A stretch of DNA of 64,000 nucleotides from an uncultured Candidatus Saccharibacteria bacterium (GTDB lineage: Bacteria; Patescibacteriota; Saccharimonadia; Saccharimonadales; Saccharimonadaceae): contig CAUTMI010000002.1 in the NCBI GenBank assembly GCA_963539465.1, forward strand, positions 47,168 to 111,167, given 5' to 3'. Positions within the stretch are counted from its first letter, which is position 1; every line of letters starts with the position of its first letter. Below the pieces are notes generated by a model, which had not been told where the DNA came from, did not search any database, and saw nothing but the letters and a program-made list of their open reading frames with translations. The position numbers were made by a program, and so were the translations under genes. Of this stretch, positions 54,674-64,000 are shown one piece after another.

Positions 54674-55612
54674 ATGCTACAGTTTCTAAAAACCAAGAAT
54701 TTTGACGAAGTCGTCTCTGATATCAAAATTTCCAAAGTTGTTTTTACCTGTATTATGCTGATTATGGCAATTTTTGCTGGCATCTCATGTCAAATTAATC
54801 AGACCGAGCAGAACGCTGCCTATGTCAAAAAATATCTAGCTAGCAAAAAAGGTTATTATAGTAACTTAGTCTCAAATATGCGTCGCGCCGCCACTGAAAA
54901 ATACTATGGCAGCTCCAGTAAAGCTGAAGACTTTTCAGAATCCTTCAAAAATTCTTTTCAATCTATCCTGAGTCAAAATCCCAGACACAACCTGAAAGAA
55001 GGTGTTGTTTTTATGCAGCTCAAATATCTCAACGATTATTTTTCAGAAATTCTCGATCAAACCATTAGTCAGGAAACCACCGAAAGTCAACTCAATCGAT
55101 TTCTTGACCTCAGATTTGCCGCTGAGTCTAACCTCGAAACTAAATCTAGAGCTGGCTCTAACTCTAGTCTTAACTCTAGCTCTAACCTCGATTCTAATCT
55201 TGAAACGCAAGCTGCATTTGCAAGTTCCAAAACTCAGATCCTAAACACCGCTGCAGCCAAAATCGATCAGCTCATGATTGCCGAACGTCTCACCATCGAC
55301 CCCGCCATTCTTGAAGCCTTTCTCACTCCACTTGTCGATGTTTATTACAATCAGCTCATTACGATCAGTTTTTCAAAAGCCAGTGGCCGCCAAAATAATC
55401 CTGTCGTACGTTTTCTGATCATTAATCTGCCGATTCTCATCCTTCTCGTCATGCTTATTTTTGGCTATTTTTTCTATACCAGTATTGGCGGTCGTCTCGC
55501 GATTTTCTGTCTCGTCCTCTCCCTCTTTTTTGTCGCCTTCAATCTTCAGGCGCCTGCTTCAAACCACAACATCGATCTCACCTACAACCAGCTCAGTCTC
55601 TTTGCGGATTAG
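54674..55612 (+). CDS. Hypothetical membrane protein
   Basis: One N-terminal TM and C-terminal TMs. It contains a Ser/Asn/Leu-rich repeat (SNSSLNSSSNLDSNLE). The start is set at the Met preceded by TGcTATAAT. Confidence 0.5.
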   Translation: MLQFLKTKNFDEVVSDIKISKVVFTCIMLIMAIFAGISCQINQTEQNAAYVKKYLASKKGYYSNLVSNMRRAATEKYYGSSSKAEDFSESFKNSFQSILSQNPRHNLKEGVVFMQLKYLNDYFSEILDQTISQETTESQLNRFLDLRFAAESNLETKSRAGSNSSLNSSSNLDSNLETQAAFASSKTQILNTAAAKIDQLMIAERLTIDPAILEAFLTPLVDVYYNQLITISFSKASGRQNNPVVRFLIINLPILILLVMLIFGYFFYTSIGGRLAIFCLVLSLFFVAFNLQAPASNHNIDLTYNQLSLFAD

Positions 55613-55627
55613 TGCTATAATTAACAC

Positions 55628-57856
55628 ATGGAAATTTTTACGGAGGGACTCAACCCTGCTCAAAAAGAAGCAGTGGAAACATTGGCTGGACCAGTTTTGA
55701 TTTTAGCTGGGGCTGGCTCTGGTAAAACCAAAACTTTAACTCATCGCATCGCTAATCTTATCGCTCATGGAATTCCTGGCGATCGGATGTTGGCCGTGAC
55801 CTTTACCAATAAGGCAGCAAAAGAGATGCGCGATCGTCTTTGGCGTTTATTGCAGCAGGCTCGCTCCGACGCTCGTCTTACCCCGAGTTTTAAGGATGAT
55901 GTTTTCGCCGATAATGCCGCCATGCTTGCTACTGACGGCACACCGGGTCGCGACATCGATAGTGATGGCTTTACTAATCCTCCTCGTAATTTTATGCCTT
56001 ACATGGGTACCTTCCACGGCATTTGTGTGCGGATCTTACGCATCGAATATCAGGCCGCTGGGCTTGATCGTAATTTTGTGATTTATGATACTGATGATCA
56101 AATTTCTCTAATCAAACAAGCCATGAAGGACCTGAAGATTGACGACAAAACTCTCCGTCCAAAATCGGTGCAAAGTACTATTTCTCATTGTAAAAACACC
56201 GGTCAAACTCCAGAGGAATATGAGGAAGAAGCTTATTATCCAAATCAGGTGAAAACTGCCAAAATTTTTGCTCGCTATGAAAAGCTCAAGCGGGAATCTT
56301 TTGCCCTCGATTTTGATGATCTCCTACTTGAAGTGACCAAACTATTTGAAAATAATAAGACAATTCGCGAGAAATGGCAGAATCGTTTTGAGCATATTTT
56401 GATTGATGAGTATCAGGATACTAACCATATCCAGTATCGCCTAGTTAAGGCTCTAGTCAATCAAGATCGCAATATCTGTGTGGTTGGTGACGACTGGCAG
56501 TCGATCTATTCATGGCGTGGTGCCGACTTTACGAATATTTTAAATTTTGAACGCGATTTTCCTGGCGCCAAAACGATTAAGCTGGAGCAGAATTATCGAA
56601 GCACCGGCAACATCCTGACCGCCAGTCAAAAAATCATTAATCAAAACAAAACTCGCACCGATAAGGAATTATTCACCACCTCTGGTGAAGGTGAGCCAAT
56701 CGAAATTCAGTCGTTAATGGATGAAACCGCCGAAGCCAGTTTTGTCGCTATGAAAATCATCAATCTCCTAGCTAACTCAAAGGCCGTCATGCAAAACGGT
56801 GAGCTGGTTAAGGATTTTACGAGCTACTCGGATTTTGCTGTCCTCTATCGTACTAACGCGCAATCATACGCAATTGAAAAGGCGTTTATTTCTCACCAAA
56901 TCCCATATAAAATCATCGGCGGCGTACGCTTCTATGATCGCAAAGAGGTCAAGGACGTCCTCGCCATTCTCAAACTAATTGTTAATTTTCATGACCGCAT
57001 CAGCCTGGATCGCATCTGTCGCAATGTGCTTTCTGGTATTGGTCCAGCCAGCCTCGAAAAAGTGCATACCTTCCTTAATCAGTCTGAAAATTATGACGCC
57101 ACGGCGCAGGGAAGACGGAACGCACTCCTGGATGCTGGACTACTCGACGCGCTTTCTGGTAAGGCCAAGAATAATTTTGCTAGATTGCAGAATTTCTTAC
57201 GTGATCTCGATATGACTTTAAAGCCTGCCGAAATCATCGAAAAAGTAATTCATTATTTTGGCCTAGCTGAGTTGGTTCAGGACGGCACCCCTAGTGGTGA
57301 TGAGCGAGCGGAAAACCTGAATACCATGATCGGCAATGCTGCCGAGTTCGAGTCTCTTGATGATTTTCTTGCTGAGGCTACCCTAATGTCTTCTGCTGAT
57401 GAGCAAACTTCAACCAACTTCGTTACCCTCATAACCATTCACGCTGCTAAAGGTCTAGAATTTCCATCCGTCTTTCTTGTGGGGCTTGAAGAAGGTCTCT
57501 TTCCAAGCTCTCGTTCCGACGATGAAGACTCAATCGAGGAGGAGCGCCGTCTCGCCTATGTCGGTATGACCAGGGCTAGAAAACTCCTCATTCTCACCTA
57601 TGCCGGCTCACGTTTTTCGAATGGCCAAAGAAGTTACAATATGCCGTCTCGTTTTCTCATGGAGCTCGGCTACGATCCCTATGGCTCTACTAATCTAAAT
57701 AATAGTTCCAGTAATAATTTTGGCTTCAACTCTCAATCTCAAAAACCTCGTCGTAGTTTTGACCCCTTCAATGATGATATTGAATATGACGATGTTGACC
57801 CGTTTGAAGATAATCCAGACCCCTTTCAGGACGATACCGAAATTTACTATGAATAA
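55628..57856 (+). CDS. pcrA: ATP-dependent DNA helicase PcrA/UvrD
   Basis: GAGSGKT, LIDEYQDTN, VGDDWQSIYSWRGA and YVGMTRARK motifs. Confidence 0.9.
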   Translation: MEIFTEGLNPAQKEAVETLAGPVLILAGAGSGKTKTLTHRIANLIAHGIPGDRMLAVTFTNKAAKEMRDRLWRLLQQARSDARLTPSFKDDVFADNAAMLATDGTPGRDIDSDGFTNPPRNFMPYMGTFHGICVRILRIEYQAAGLDRNFVIYDTDDQISLIKQAMKDLKIDDKTLRPKSVQSTISHCKNTGQTPEEYEEEAYYPNQVKTAKIFARYEKLKRESFALDFDDLLLEVTKLFENNKTIREKWQNRFEHILIDEYQDTNHIQYRLVKALVNQDRNICVVGDDWQSIYSWRGADFTNILNFERDFPGAKTIKLEQNYRSTGNILTASQKIINQNKTRTDKELFTTSGEGEPIEIQSLMDETAEASFVAMKIINLLANSKAVMQNGELVKDFTSYSDFAVLYRTNAQSYAIEKAFISHQIPYKIIGGVRFYDRKEVKDVLAILKLIVNFHDRISLDRICRNVLSGIGPASLEKVHTFLNQSENYDATAQGRRNALLDAGLLDALSGKAKNNFARLQNFLRDLDMTLKPAEIIEKVIHYFGLAELVQDGTPSGDERAENLNTMIGNAAEFESLDDFLAEATLMSSADEQTSTNFVTLITIHAAKGLEFPSVFLVGLEEGLFPSSRSDDEDSIEEERRLAYVGMTRARKLLILTYAGSRFSNGQRSYNMPSRFLMELGYDPYGSTNLNNSSSNNFGFNSQSQKPRRSFDPFNDDIEYDDVDPFEDNPDPFQDDTEIYYE

Positions 57857-57901
57857 TGACCCCTCTTCATAAAAGAACGCAGTTATGCTATAATACCTAG
57901 G

Positions 57902-58942
57902 ATGAAAATCAAATCACCGCTTTTCTACAGGCTTTTCTGTGGGTTCAGCGCCAGTATATTTGTTCTAACACTCCTCTTCGGTGTATTTTTTAGTATGCGC
58001 CCAACCTACGCCGAGTCCAAAGATTCCGATAATGGCGTAGTTTCTGATGCGCATTTTGTAACTTTTCATGATGATACAAAATCTCTTACGATCAAAACTA
58101 CCGCAAAAACCGTAGCAGAAGCTCTTGAGCGTGCCAAAATACAATATCACACCTCTGATCATGTCGAACCAGCCCTCACGGAGTCAATAAATTCCGACAA
58201 TTTCCACATCAATATCTATCGTGCGCGCCCAGTGATTATTAAGAACGGCTCAATTAGCAAGTTTGTTATGACCGCCAGTGTCGACCCTAAAGAGATTGCT
58301 CAGGCTGCCGGTATCACAATCTACGATGGCGACGAGCTATCTCTAGTTTCTAATCAGAATATTTTGGAATCGGGAGTTGCCACCGTTTATCAACTAACCC
58401 GAAATGGCGGCCGCACTATTACCGTCGAAGAAGATATTCCGTTTAACGATAAATCCGTCAGCGATACGTCTTTACCAACTGGCCAGACCAATCTGCGTCA
58501 AGTTGGTGAACTCGGTCGTAAGTCTTCCGTCTACCAGGTTAACTTTGTAGATGGCAAAGAGGTCTCCCGTGAACTTATTAGTACCAATATTATTAAAAAT
58601 CCAGTCGATCGCATCACCGCTGTAGGTATGAAAAAATCTGTCCCACCAGAATGGGAGACCTGTGCTTCTTACGCTCGCGCCGCCGGCGTCTCTGAAGCGG
58701 ATATTTATGTTGCCCTCACCCTTATCTATCGTGAGTCTGGCTGTCGTTTTGACGCTACTAATGCCGGCAGCGGTGCCTATGGTATTCCGCAGGCCCTTCC
58801 TGGTTCAAAAATGGCCAGCGCTGGTGCGGACTGGCAAACCAACCCAGTTACTCAGATTCGTTGGATGATTGGCTACGTGACTGGCCGCTATGGTGGTTGG
58901 AGCCAAGCTTGGAATTTCTGGCAAACCCGTCACTGGTATTAA
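57902..58942 (+). CDS. Secreted muralytic protein with DUF348-like repeats, a G5 domain and a C-terminal lysozyme-like/transglycosylase domain (RpfB-like architecture)
   Basis: An N-terminal TM/signal segment and a G5-like segment (LPTGQTNLRQVGELGRKSSVYQV). The C-terminus reads ESGCRFDATNAGSGAYGIPQALPGSKM. Confidence 0.7.
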   Translation: MKIKSPLFYRLFCGFSASIFVLTLLFGVFFSMRPTYAESKDSDNGVVSDAHFVTFHDDTKSLTIKTTAKTVAEALERAKIQYHTSDHVEPALTESINSDNFHINIYRARPVIIKNGSISKFVMTASVDPKEIAQAAGITIYDGDELSLVSNQNILESGVATVYQLTRNGGRTITVEEDIPFNDKSVSDTSLPTGQTNLRQVGELGRKSSVYQVNFVDGKEVSRELISTNIIKNPVDRITAVGMKKSVPPEWETCASYARAAGVSEADIYVALTLIYRESGCRFDATNAGSGAYGIPQALPGSKMASAGADWQTNPVTQIRWMIGYVTGRYGGWSQAWNFWQTRHWY

Positions 58943-59009
58943 ATAAGATTCATATTAAATAAGACCCACATTAAAATAGGACCGATATTAAAATAAGACC
59001 CATATTAAT
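58943..59009 (+). repeat. Four tandem 16-17-bp repeats (ATAAGACCCATATTAAA consensus)
   Basis: Units at 58943-58958, 58959-58975, 58976-58992 and 58993-59009, in the intergenic region upstream of rsmA. Confidence 0.75.
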
Positions 59010-59072
59010 ATTAAAACCTTAGGGCAAAAGACTAAATAACACATATTAATAAAGAATTCGGATAAGATTAAA

Positions 59073-59843
59073 ATGTTGCAGAATAAAAAGTCATTAGGTC
59101 AGAACTGGTTGAAGAACCGTCCAATTCTAGAAGAGCTTGCAGAAAGTGCCATGTTGCCACTTGATGACCAATCTCAGCCACTCTGCCTCGAAATTGGTCC
59201 GGGCCTTGGTACGCTAACCAGCTCGCTCCTGCGACGTTTCCCAAAAGTCCTCGCTATTGAGTATGATGAAAAACTAGCTAAAAATCTGCCGAATTCATTT
59301 CCTGGCAAAAACCTGGAAGTTAAGCACCAGGATTTTTTGCAATTTGACCTCGATACCATTAAAGAACCCTACGTTGTCGCTGGTAATATTCCATACTACA
59401 TCACTAGTCCGATTATTCAGCGTTTAATTTCCGCCAAAAACGCACCAAGACGCATTGTCTTACTAATGCAGAAAGAAGTAGCGGATCGTCTTTTGCTTGG
59501 TCAGGGAAAATATACCTATCTGACACTTGCCGTCCTGAATTTTGCTAACGTTTTTCCAGGAATTTATGTTGACCGAAGCCTCTTCACTCCACCTCCAAAA
59601 GTTGATTCAGCCTCAGTTATACTAGTGCCACGCAAAAAACCAATTGTCGATGAAAAAGTCCTTAAATTTATTAAGCAATGTTTTGCCAACCCTAGAAAAA
59701 AACTCATTACCTGTCTGCCCCTGATTACTAATCAATCTCGCGATGAGATTAAGGAAATTTATCGTAAGCTCAATTTTGATGAGAATTTTCGTCCAGCCGA
59801 CCTCAATCTTTTCGACTGGCAGAATCTTTATGATTTGCTCTAA
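59073..59843 (+). CDS. rsmA: 16S rRNA (adenine1518/1519-N6)-dimethyltransferase
   Basis: KSLGQNWL, LEIGPGLGTLT and GNIPYYITSPI motifs. Confidence 0.9.
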   Translation: MLQNKKSLGQNWLKNRPILEELAESAMLPLDDQSQPLCLEIGPGLGTLTSSLLRRFPKVLAIEYDEKLAKNLPNSFPGKNLEVKHQDFLQFDLDTIKEPYVVAGNIPYYITSPIIQRLISAKNAPRRIVLLMQKEVADRLLLGQGKYTYLTLAVLNFANVFPGIYVDRSLFTPPPKVDSASVILVPRKKPIVDEKVLKFIKQCFANPRKKLITCLPLITNQSRDEIKEIYRKLNFDENFRPADLNLFDWQNLYDLL

Positions 59844-59924
59844 TTATGTTAAGATAAACATAAGCGCAATGCTAATTTTTAGCGTACAAAATTTTTGCAA
59901 AAAGAACTAATTATAAGGAAAAAA

Positions 59925-61100
59925 ATGGATCCAACTTTTCAGCCTCAAAATCAAAATGACACACCAAATGAAGTAGGCCTCGATACCTCAGCCACTTCAG
60001 CTAGTCCAGCTACCCCAGTCACTCCGACTACCTCAACCGCTCCAACCACCTCAACTACTGGCTCAACTATCCCAACCGCCACAGCTGACCCAACCGCTCC
60101 AACCGCCTCTAATGATTCAGCGATGGGTGGCTCTGAACTTGATAGCCTCATGAGCGAGCTAAATAATTATCGACCAGAAAATGATACTACACTTGATTCG
60201 ACAGGTGTCCCTGCTAATGCTTCAACTTCTGGTACTTCTAGCACCTCTTCCGACTCTAATACTTCTGATCGTCCACAATTTTCTCCGTCTGAAAACCTTA
60301 CACAAACCGCCACGGTTTCTGCCTCCATGCAAGGTTCAGATTTGAATACCACAAGTTTAACCGACAGCTCATTCACTCAGGCTCCTGCCACACAAACCTC
60401 AGCTACTCCAACGCAAGAAGCAACCGAGTCGGATGAAGAAGAGGATGAGGATAAGCCACTCACTGCTGCCGCTCCAGTTCCAGGCTCAATCGGAAGCGCT
60501 GTTTCTTATGCTGATGTTGAGAAGAAACAGGCCGAAGAAGCCGCTAAACAAGCTAAGAATCAGAATAAGCCAAAAATTAAACTCTCCAGCACTGCCATCC
60601 TTGCGATTATCGTCGGTGGTCTCTTTGTTATTACCGGCATCATCTTTGCTATTATTATGCTCAGCTCACCAAAGAAGGCTCCCGCTGAAGCCTCTGGGAA
60701 AAATAAAGTTGCTCAGGCTGAATCAAAATCCCTCACTTGTGTCCGTCCACTTTCGACCAATGAAACTGCAGAGATTGGCGCCGCTTACGGAAACTTTGAA
60801 CGTCAATTTGAATTTAAAAATGACAGTCTAGAATCAATCAGTGAAAATTATGTCTATCAATTCAATAGTGCCGAAGCTGCCACTGCTGCAAAAACATCTA
60901 TTGATTCAAATAACTCTAATGCCAACACGACCACCGTTGTTAATATCAATCAGTTAAAGAAAACCACTAAAATTGCCACCGAAAATCTTGATTCTTACAT
61001 TAAGGGTATAGCTGAGCTAAATTCTGCTACGGGACATGATCTAAATAGTCTCCTTATCGCCGAGAATCAAACTGGGCTCTCTTGCTCGACGGTTGAATAA
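59925..61100 (+). CDS. Ser/Thr/Pro-rich membrane-anchored hypothetical protein
   Basis: A low-complexity N-terminal half, an acidic cluster, one TM (AILAIIVGGLFVITGIIFAIIML) and a C-terminal globular region. An AAGGAA RBS precedes the ATG at 59925. Confidence 0.5.
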   Translation: MDPTFQPQNQNDTPNEVGLDTSATSASPATPVTPTTSTAPTTSTTGSTIPTATADPTAPTASNDSAMGGSELDSLMSELNNYRPENDTTLDSTGVPANASTSGTSSTSSDSNTSDRPQFSPSENLTQTATVSASMQGSDLNTTSLTDSSFTQAPATQTSATPTQEATESDEEEDEDKPLTAAAPVPGSIGSAVSYADVEKKQAEEAAKQAKNQNKPKIKLSSTAILAIIVGGLFVITGIIFAIIMLSSPKKAPAEASGKNKVAQAESKSLTCVRPLSTNETAEIGAAYGNFERQFEFKNDSLESISENYVYQFNSAEAATAAKTSIDSNNSNANTTTVVNINQLKKTTKIATENLDSYIKGIAELNSATGHDLNSLLIAENQTGLSCSTVE

Positions 61101-61171
61101 ACGCCAGCCTCACCTTAGCGACTCTTTTGTAGTATAATAATTCTGATTATTGGTAAAAATAAAGGAATCGC

Positions 61172-62587
61172 ATGTCTCAAAAAACTTATATCACGACTGC
61201 CATTCCGTATGTCAACGGCGCGCCACATATCGGACATGCGGAAGATTATCTACTGGCTGATATTTTTGCTCGCTATAAAACCATGCAAGGTGCGAAAGTT
61301 CGCTTTCAGGCCGGCACAGACGAGCATGGTAATAAGATTGAAAAGAAGGCCCAAAGCTCTAATATCGACATTAAGCAATATGTTGACCAGAATTCACAGA
61401 AGTTCCGCGACTTTCTCGCCAAATTCAATATCGGCTACACTGATTTTATTCGTACAACCGATGAAGATCATATCAAGCGCGTCCAGGCGATCTGGCAACG
61501 TCTAGAAAAACATATTTACTCTGCCAGCTACAACGGTTGGTATTGTGAAGGTTGTGAAAGATTTGTCACTCAAAAAGAATATGACGAAAATCAGGGTTCA
61601 TGCCCAGATCATCAGACTCCATATCAACACCTCACAGAATCTAATTATTATTTCCGTGTTTCGGACTTTAAGGACCAGATCCGCGAGGCTATCGAAAATA
61701 ATGAGATGCAAATTTTACCGGAATTTCGTAAAAACGAGATTTTGAGACTGCTTGAAGATACTCCCGATGTCTCAATCTCACGTCCAGTCGCTCATCTCAC
61801 TTGGGGAATTCCAGTTCCAGGTGATGAATCACAGGTCATGTATGTCTGGATGGACGCTCTCACGAACTATATTACAGTGCTTGGTTACCCTGATCAGGAC
61901 ATCTCTGATTTTTGGCCAGCTGATCTCCAGGTCGTTGGTAAAGATATTTTGCGTTTCCACGCGATTTTATGGCCTGCCATCTTGCTAGGCCTCGGTCTTC
62001 CACTTCCGAAAACTATCCTCTCTCATGGCTTTATTCTGACTGATGGTCAAAAAATTAGTAAGTCTCTCGGCAATGTCATCGATCCAGTCGAGGTTCTCGA
62101 AAAACACGGTATTGATGCCTTCCGTTATTATTTCTCAAAACACGTAGATACCTTCCTCGATGCCGATTTCACCTGGGAGAAATTTGAGAACGCCTATCGC
62201 AATGAGCTTGCCAATGATTATGGCAACCTTGTCCAGCGTCTTTCGGTGCTCTGCCAGAAAAATGGTGCCCCAAAAATCGATTTTCACCCTAACCTAAATG
62301 GCGCTTACGTGGATCTGATGGATCAGTTTGAGTTCACTAATGCCATTAACTTTGCTTGGAGCATAGTGCAAGACGTTAATCGTCACATCGAAGAGCAGAA
62401 ACCATGGCAAATCGCCAAGACCGATAAGGCAGAAGCTAAAGTTGTTCTAACTAATCTCGTCGAAGAGCTTTTAATTGCTAACCACCATCTTAAGCCATTT
62501 CTCCCAATCGCCGAAACGGTTGAGCAGATCTTTGCTGGTAGTGGCGAGATCCTTCCACCAAAAACTCCACTCTTTCCAAAAGACTAA
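61172..62587 (+). CDS. metG: Methionyl-tRNA synthetase (short form)
   Basis: The HIGH motif (PHIGHA), KISKS (a KMSKS variant) and a CEGCERF...CPDH zinc knuckle. Confidence 0.9.
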   Translation: MSQKTYITTAIPYVNGAPHIGHAEDYLLADIFARYKTMQGAKVRFQAGTDEHGNKIEKKAQSSNIDIKQYVDQNSQKFRDFLAKFNIGYTDFIRTTDEDHIKRVQAIWQRLEKHIYSASYNGWYCEGCERFVTQKEYDENQGSCPDHQTPYQHLTESNYYFRVSDFKDQIREAIENNEMQILPEFRKNEILRLLEDTPDVSISRPVAHLTWGIPVPGDESQVMYVWMDALTNYITVLGYPDQDISDFWPADLQVVGKDILRFHAILWPAILLGLGLPLPKTILSHGFILTDGQKISKSLGNVIDPVEVLEKHGIDAFRYYFSKHVDTFLDADFTWEKFENAYRNELANDYGNLVQRLSVLCQKNGAPKIDFHPNLNGAYVDLMDQFEFTNAINFAWSIVQDVNRHIEEQKPWQIAKTDKAEAKVVLTNLVEELLIANHHLKPFLPIAETVEQIFAGSGEILPPKTPLFPKD

Positions 62588-62610
62588 TATTTATAAAAAT
62601 AGCTTATAGA

Positions 62611-62635
62611 AAAATAGCCCCGCGGGGCTATTTTT
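62611..62635. terminator. Bidirectional terminator between the convergent metG and MIP channel genes
   Basis: An A-run, then TAGCCC/GGGCTA, then a T-run. Confidence 0.7.
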
Positions 62636-62652
62636 CATGAAGTTAGTTTTGC

Positions 62653-63702
62653 TTATTTGCAGCACTTAGTGTCGCAGTAGTCTTTGCAGCAACAGTCGTC
62701 CTTGTAGCAATTATCGTCGCAGCAAGCTTCATTATCATCAGACAATGCAGTTGCAACATCACCGAGGAAGAATGCTAGAATACCAGCAATTACTGGGGTG
62801 AGAATGTAGACGAGAATTTCAAGACCAACCTTGCTAATCAAAGCACCAAAGTTCTCAGCAGAAGTTGGGAAAATCTGGTACATAATTGCAATAGCTGGGT
62901 TCAAGATAAAGTTGTTGGAAATCTTGAGGAAGTTGCTTGAAATGACGATTGCAAAGAGAACTGCAAGGGTCATACCACCACCGATGATTGCAGCGTAGGT
63001 GAATGCGTTGCGGCGGGTTTTGTATTCCTGTGCACGGTTGAAGAAGAAAGCAAAGGTGAATACACCAAGGAACTCAATGGCAGCAAGTGACCACATTGCG
63101 CTTGCCTCAACAGGGTTCAATGCAGGTAGGTCAACCTTAGTTTCACCAGCCATGCGGAAGGCATTGATGATGATAAGGCCGAGCCATGCACCAATCACCT
63201 GAGCGACCATATAAAGTACACCACGGATAGCTGAAATGCGACGAGTTGCCATCATACCAGCAGTGATAGCAGGGTTAAGTTGTGCGCCTGAAAGTGAGAA
63301 AACTGCAAGAGTCACACCAATCACGCCAAAGAGCACATAAAGTGGTTGATAAATACCAAGAGTCAAAAGTAACATGGTGAGGAACATGGTTCCGAGTAAT
63401 TCACCGGCTACAGCGCCCCAGATCTTTGGTGATTTAAAAATAGTTAAGATATTTTCGTTTGGGTCACCTTTCTTAGTAAAGAAACCAGCAAAAATGCATT
63501 TACCATTCTTGCAGCTCTTGCATTCTTTGGCTCCGAAGGTTTTGACTTCTTCAGTCTTGACTTCTTCAATTACAGTTGTTTCTGGTTCGGCATTTTCAGC
63601 TACGGTCACTACTTCTTCGACGACGGTAACTTCAGCCTTCTTGTTAGTATTTTTTGGCTTGTCAGCAGACTTTTTAGCCTTCTTGGACTTACTTGTTGCC
63701 AT
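62653..63702 (-). CDS. MIP-family channel (aquaporin/aquaglyceroporin) with a Lys-rich N-extension and Cys-cluster termini
   Basis: Two NPA boxes (GAQLNPAIT, FILNPAIAI) and six TMs. The N-extension carries CKSCKNGKC. The C-tail reads ACCDDNCYKDDCCCKDYCDTKCCK. Confidence 0.8.
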   Translation of the reverse strand: MATSKSKKAKKSADKPKNTNKKAEVTVVEEVVTVAENAEPETTVIEEVKTEEVKTFGAKECKSCKNGKCIFAGFFTKKGDPNENILTIFKSPKIWGAVAGELLGTMFLTMLLLTLGIYQPLYVLFGVIGVTLAVFSLSGAQLNPAITAGMMATRRISAIRGVLYMVAQVIGAWLGLIIINAFRMAGETKVDLPALNPVEASAMWSLAAIEFLGVFTFAFFFNRAQEYKTRRNAFTYAAIIGGGMTLAVLFAIVISSNFLKISNNFILNPAIAIMYQIFPTSAENFGALISKVGLEILVYILTPVIAGILAFFLGDVATALSDDNEACCDDNCYKDDCCCKDYCDTKCCK

Positions 63703-63786
63703 TATACCTCCTTAAATAATATTGAGAAAATTATATCACATCTGTGGTAAAATACTTAAAGTTTAAATCAAAATGAAAGGTATAGG

Positions 63787-64000
63787 ATGGGAGTCATCGT
63801 TCATAAAGAACAGGAAAGAAATACAGAATTAAGTCGTCGCATTGCTGCAGACTTAAAAATTAAGGCGGAGCAAACGGCCAAGGGTTCCGATCCAGATCTC
63901 GTGAACGATTCTGATTATCTAAAAGGGTCCAAGACCACTGGTCGCTATGGCTGGTTTTGGCTTGTCCTGATTGGTCTTGCCATCCTCTCGCTCATCCTCA
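63787..64000 (+). CDS. 5' part of a hypothetical membrane protein that runs off the window
   Basis: ATG at 63787 with an open frame to the window end. The translation ends in a hydrophobic segment (WFWLVLIGLAILSLIL). The RBS is weak. Confidence 0.35.
   Translation, partial: MGVIVHKEQERNTELSRRIAADLKIKAEQTAKGSDPDLVNDSDYLKGSKTTGRYGWFWLVLIGLAILSLIL

Noticed and set aside
1-64000. Diversity-generating retroelement, prophage, toxin-antitoxin pair, or rRNA genes
   Set aside because: No reverse transcriptase, phage structural or integrase genes, small paired ORFs of TA type, or rRNA-like sequence were seen. I could not check the spacers against the window exhaustively by eye, so self-targeting is neither claimed nor excluded.

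Overview
This is a gene-dense, moderately AT-rich bacterial chromosome segment. It carries Gram-positive-type envelope genes (LCP, CpsB, a fused CpsC/CpsD tyrosine kinase, VanZ, a G5/Rpf-like muralytic protein). It also carries many housekeeping genes: aspS, uppP, rpsT, mutM, truB-rpsO-pnp, ftsK, rpsF-ssb-rpsR, efp, rnj, gpmI, galU, a murA-like gene, pcrA, rsmA and metG. Many proteins have fused or extended domains, and several large secreted proteins have no recognisable family. This resembles a reduced-genome lineage such as Saccharibacteria/CPR, but that placement is inference only. The main accessory feature is a complete type II-C CRISPR-Cas locus at about 0.9-7.1 kb. It consists of a plus-strand tracrRNA with its own promoter, nexus hairpin and terminator, then cas9 (1131 aa), cas1, cas2 and an 18-repeat array. 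The repeat, read on the minus strand, has the GTT...TATAAT form of Neisseria/Campylobacter-type repeats that carry their own promoters. The whole module is bracketed by two about 100-bp direct repeats, each looking like a promoter, hairpin and T-tract mini-gene. More orphan promoter/hairpin units lie between cas2 and the array and between the array and dinD. Other points worth a second look: (1) a TGnTATAAT-N6-7-ATG leaderless architecture shared by cas9 and at least eight other genes; (2) an about 285-nt orphan transcription unit plus three 23-bp tandem repeats upstream of aspS; (3) two genes with different codon usage, one of them splitting rpsO from pnp; (4) an XRE-HTH::MurA fusion; (5) a MIP channel with cysteine-cluster tails; (6) an Arg-type EF-P loop. 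No similarity searches could be run. All calls rest on motif recognition in the supplied translations and direct reading of the DNA.
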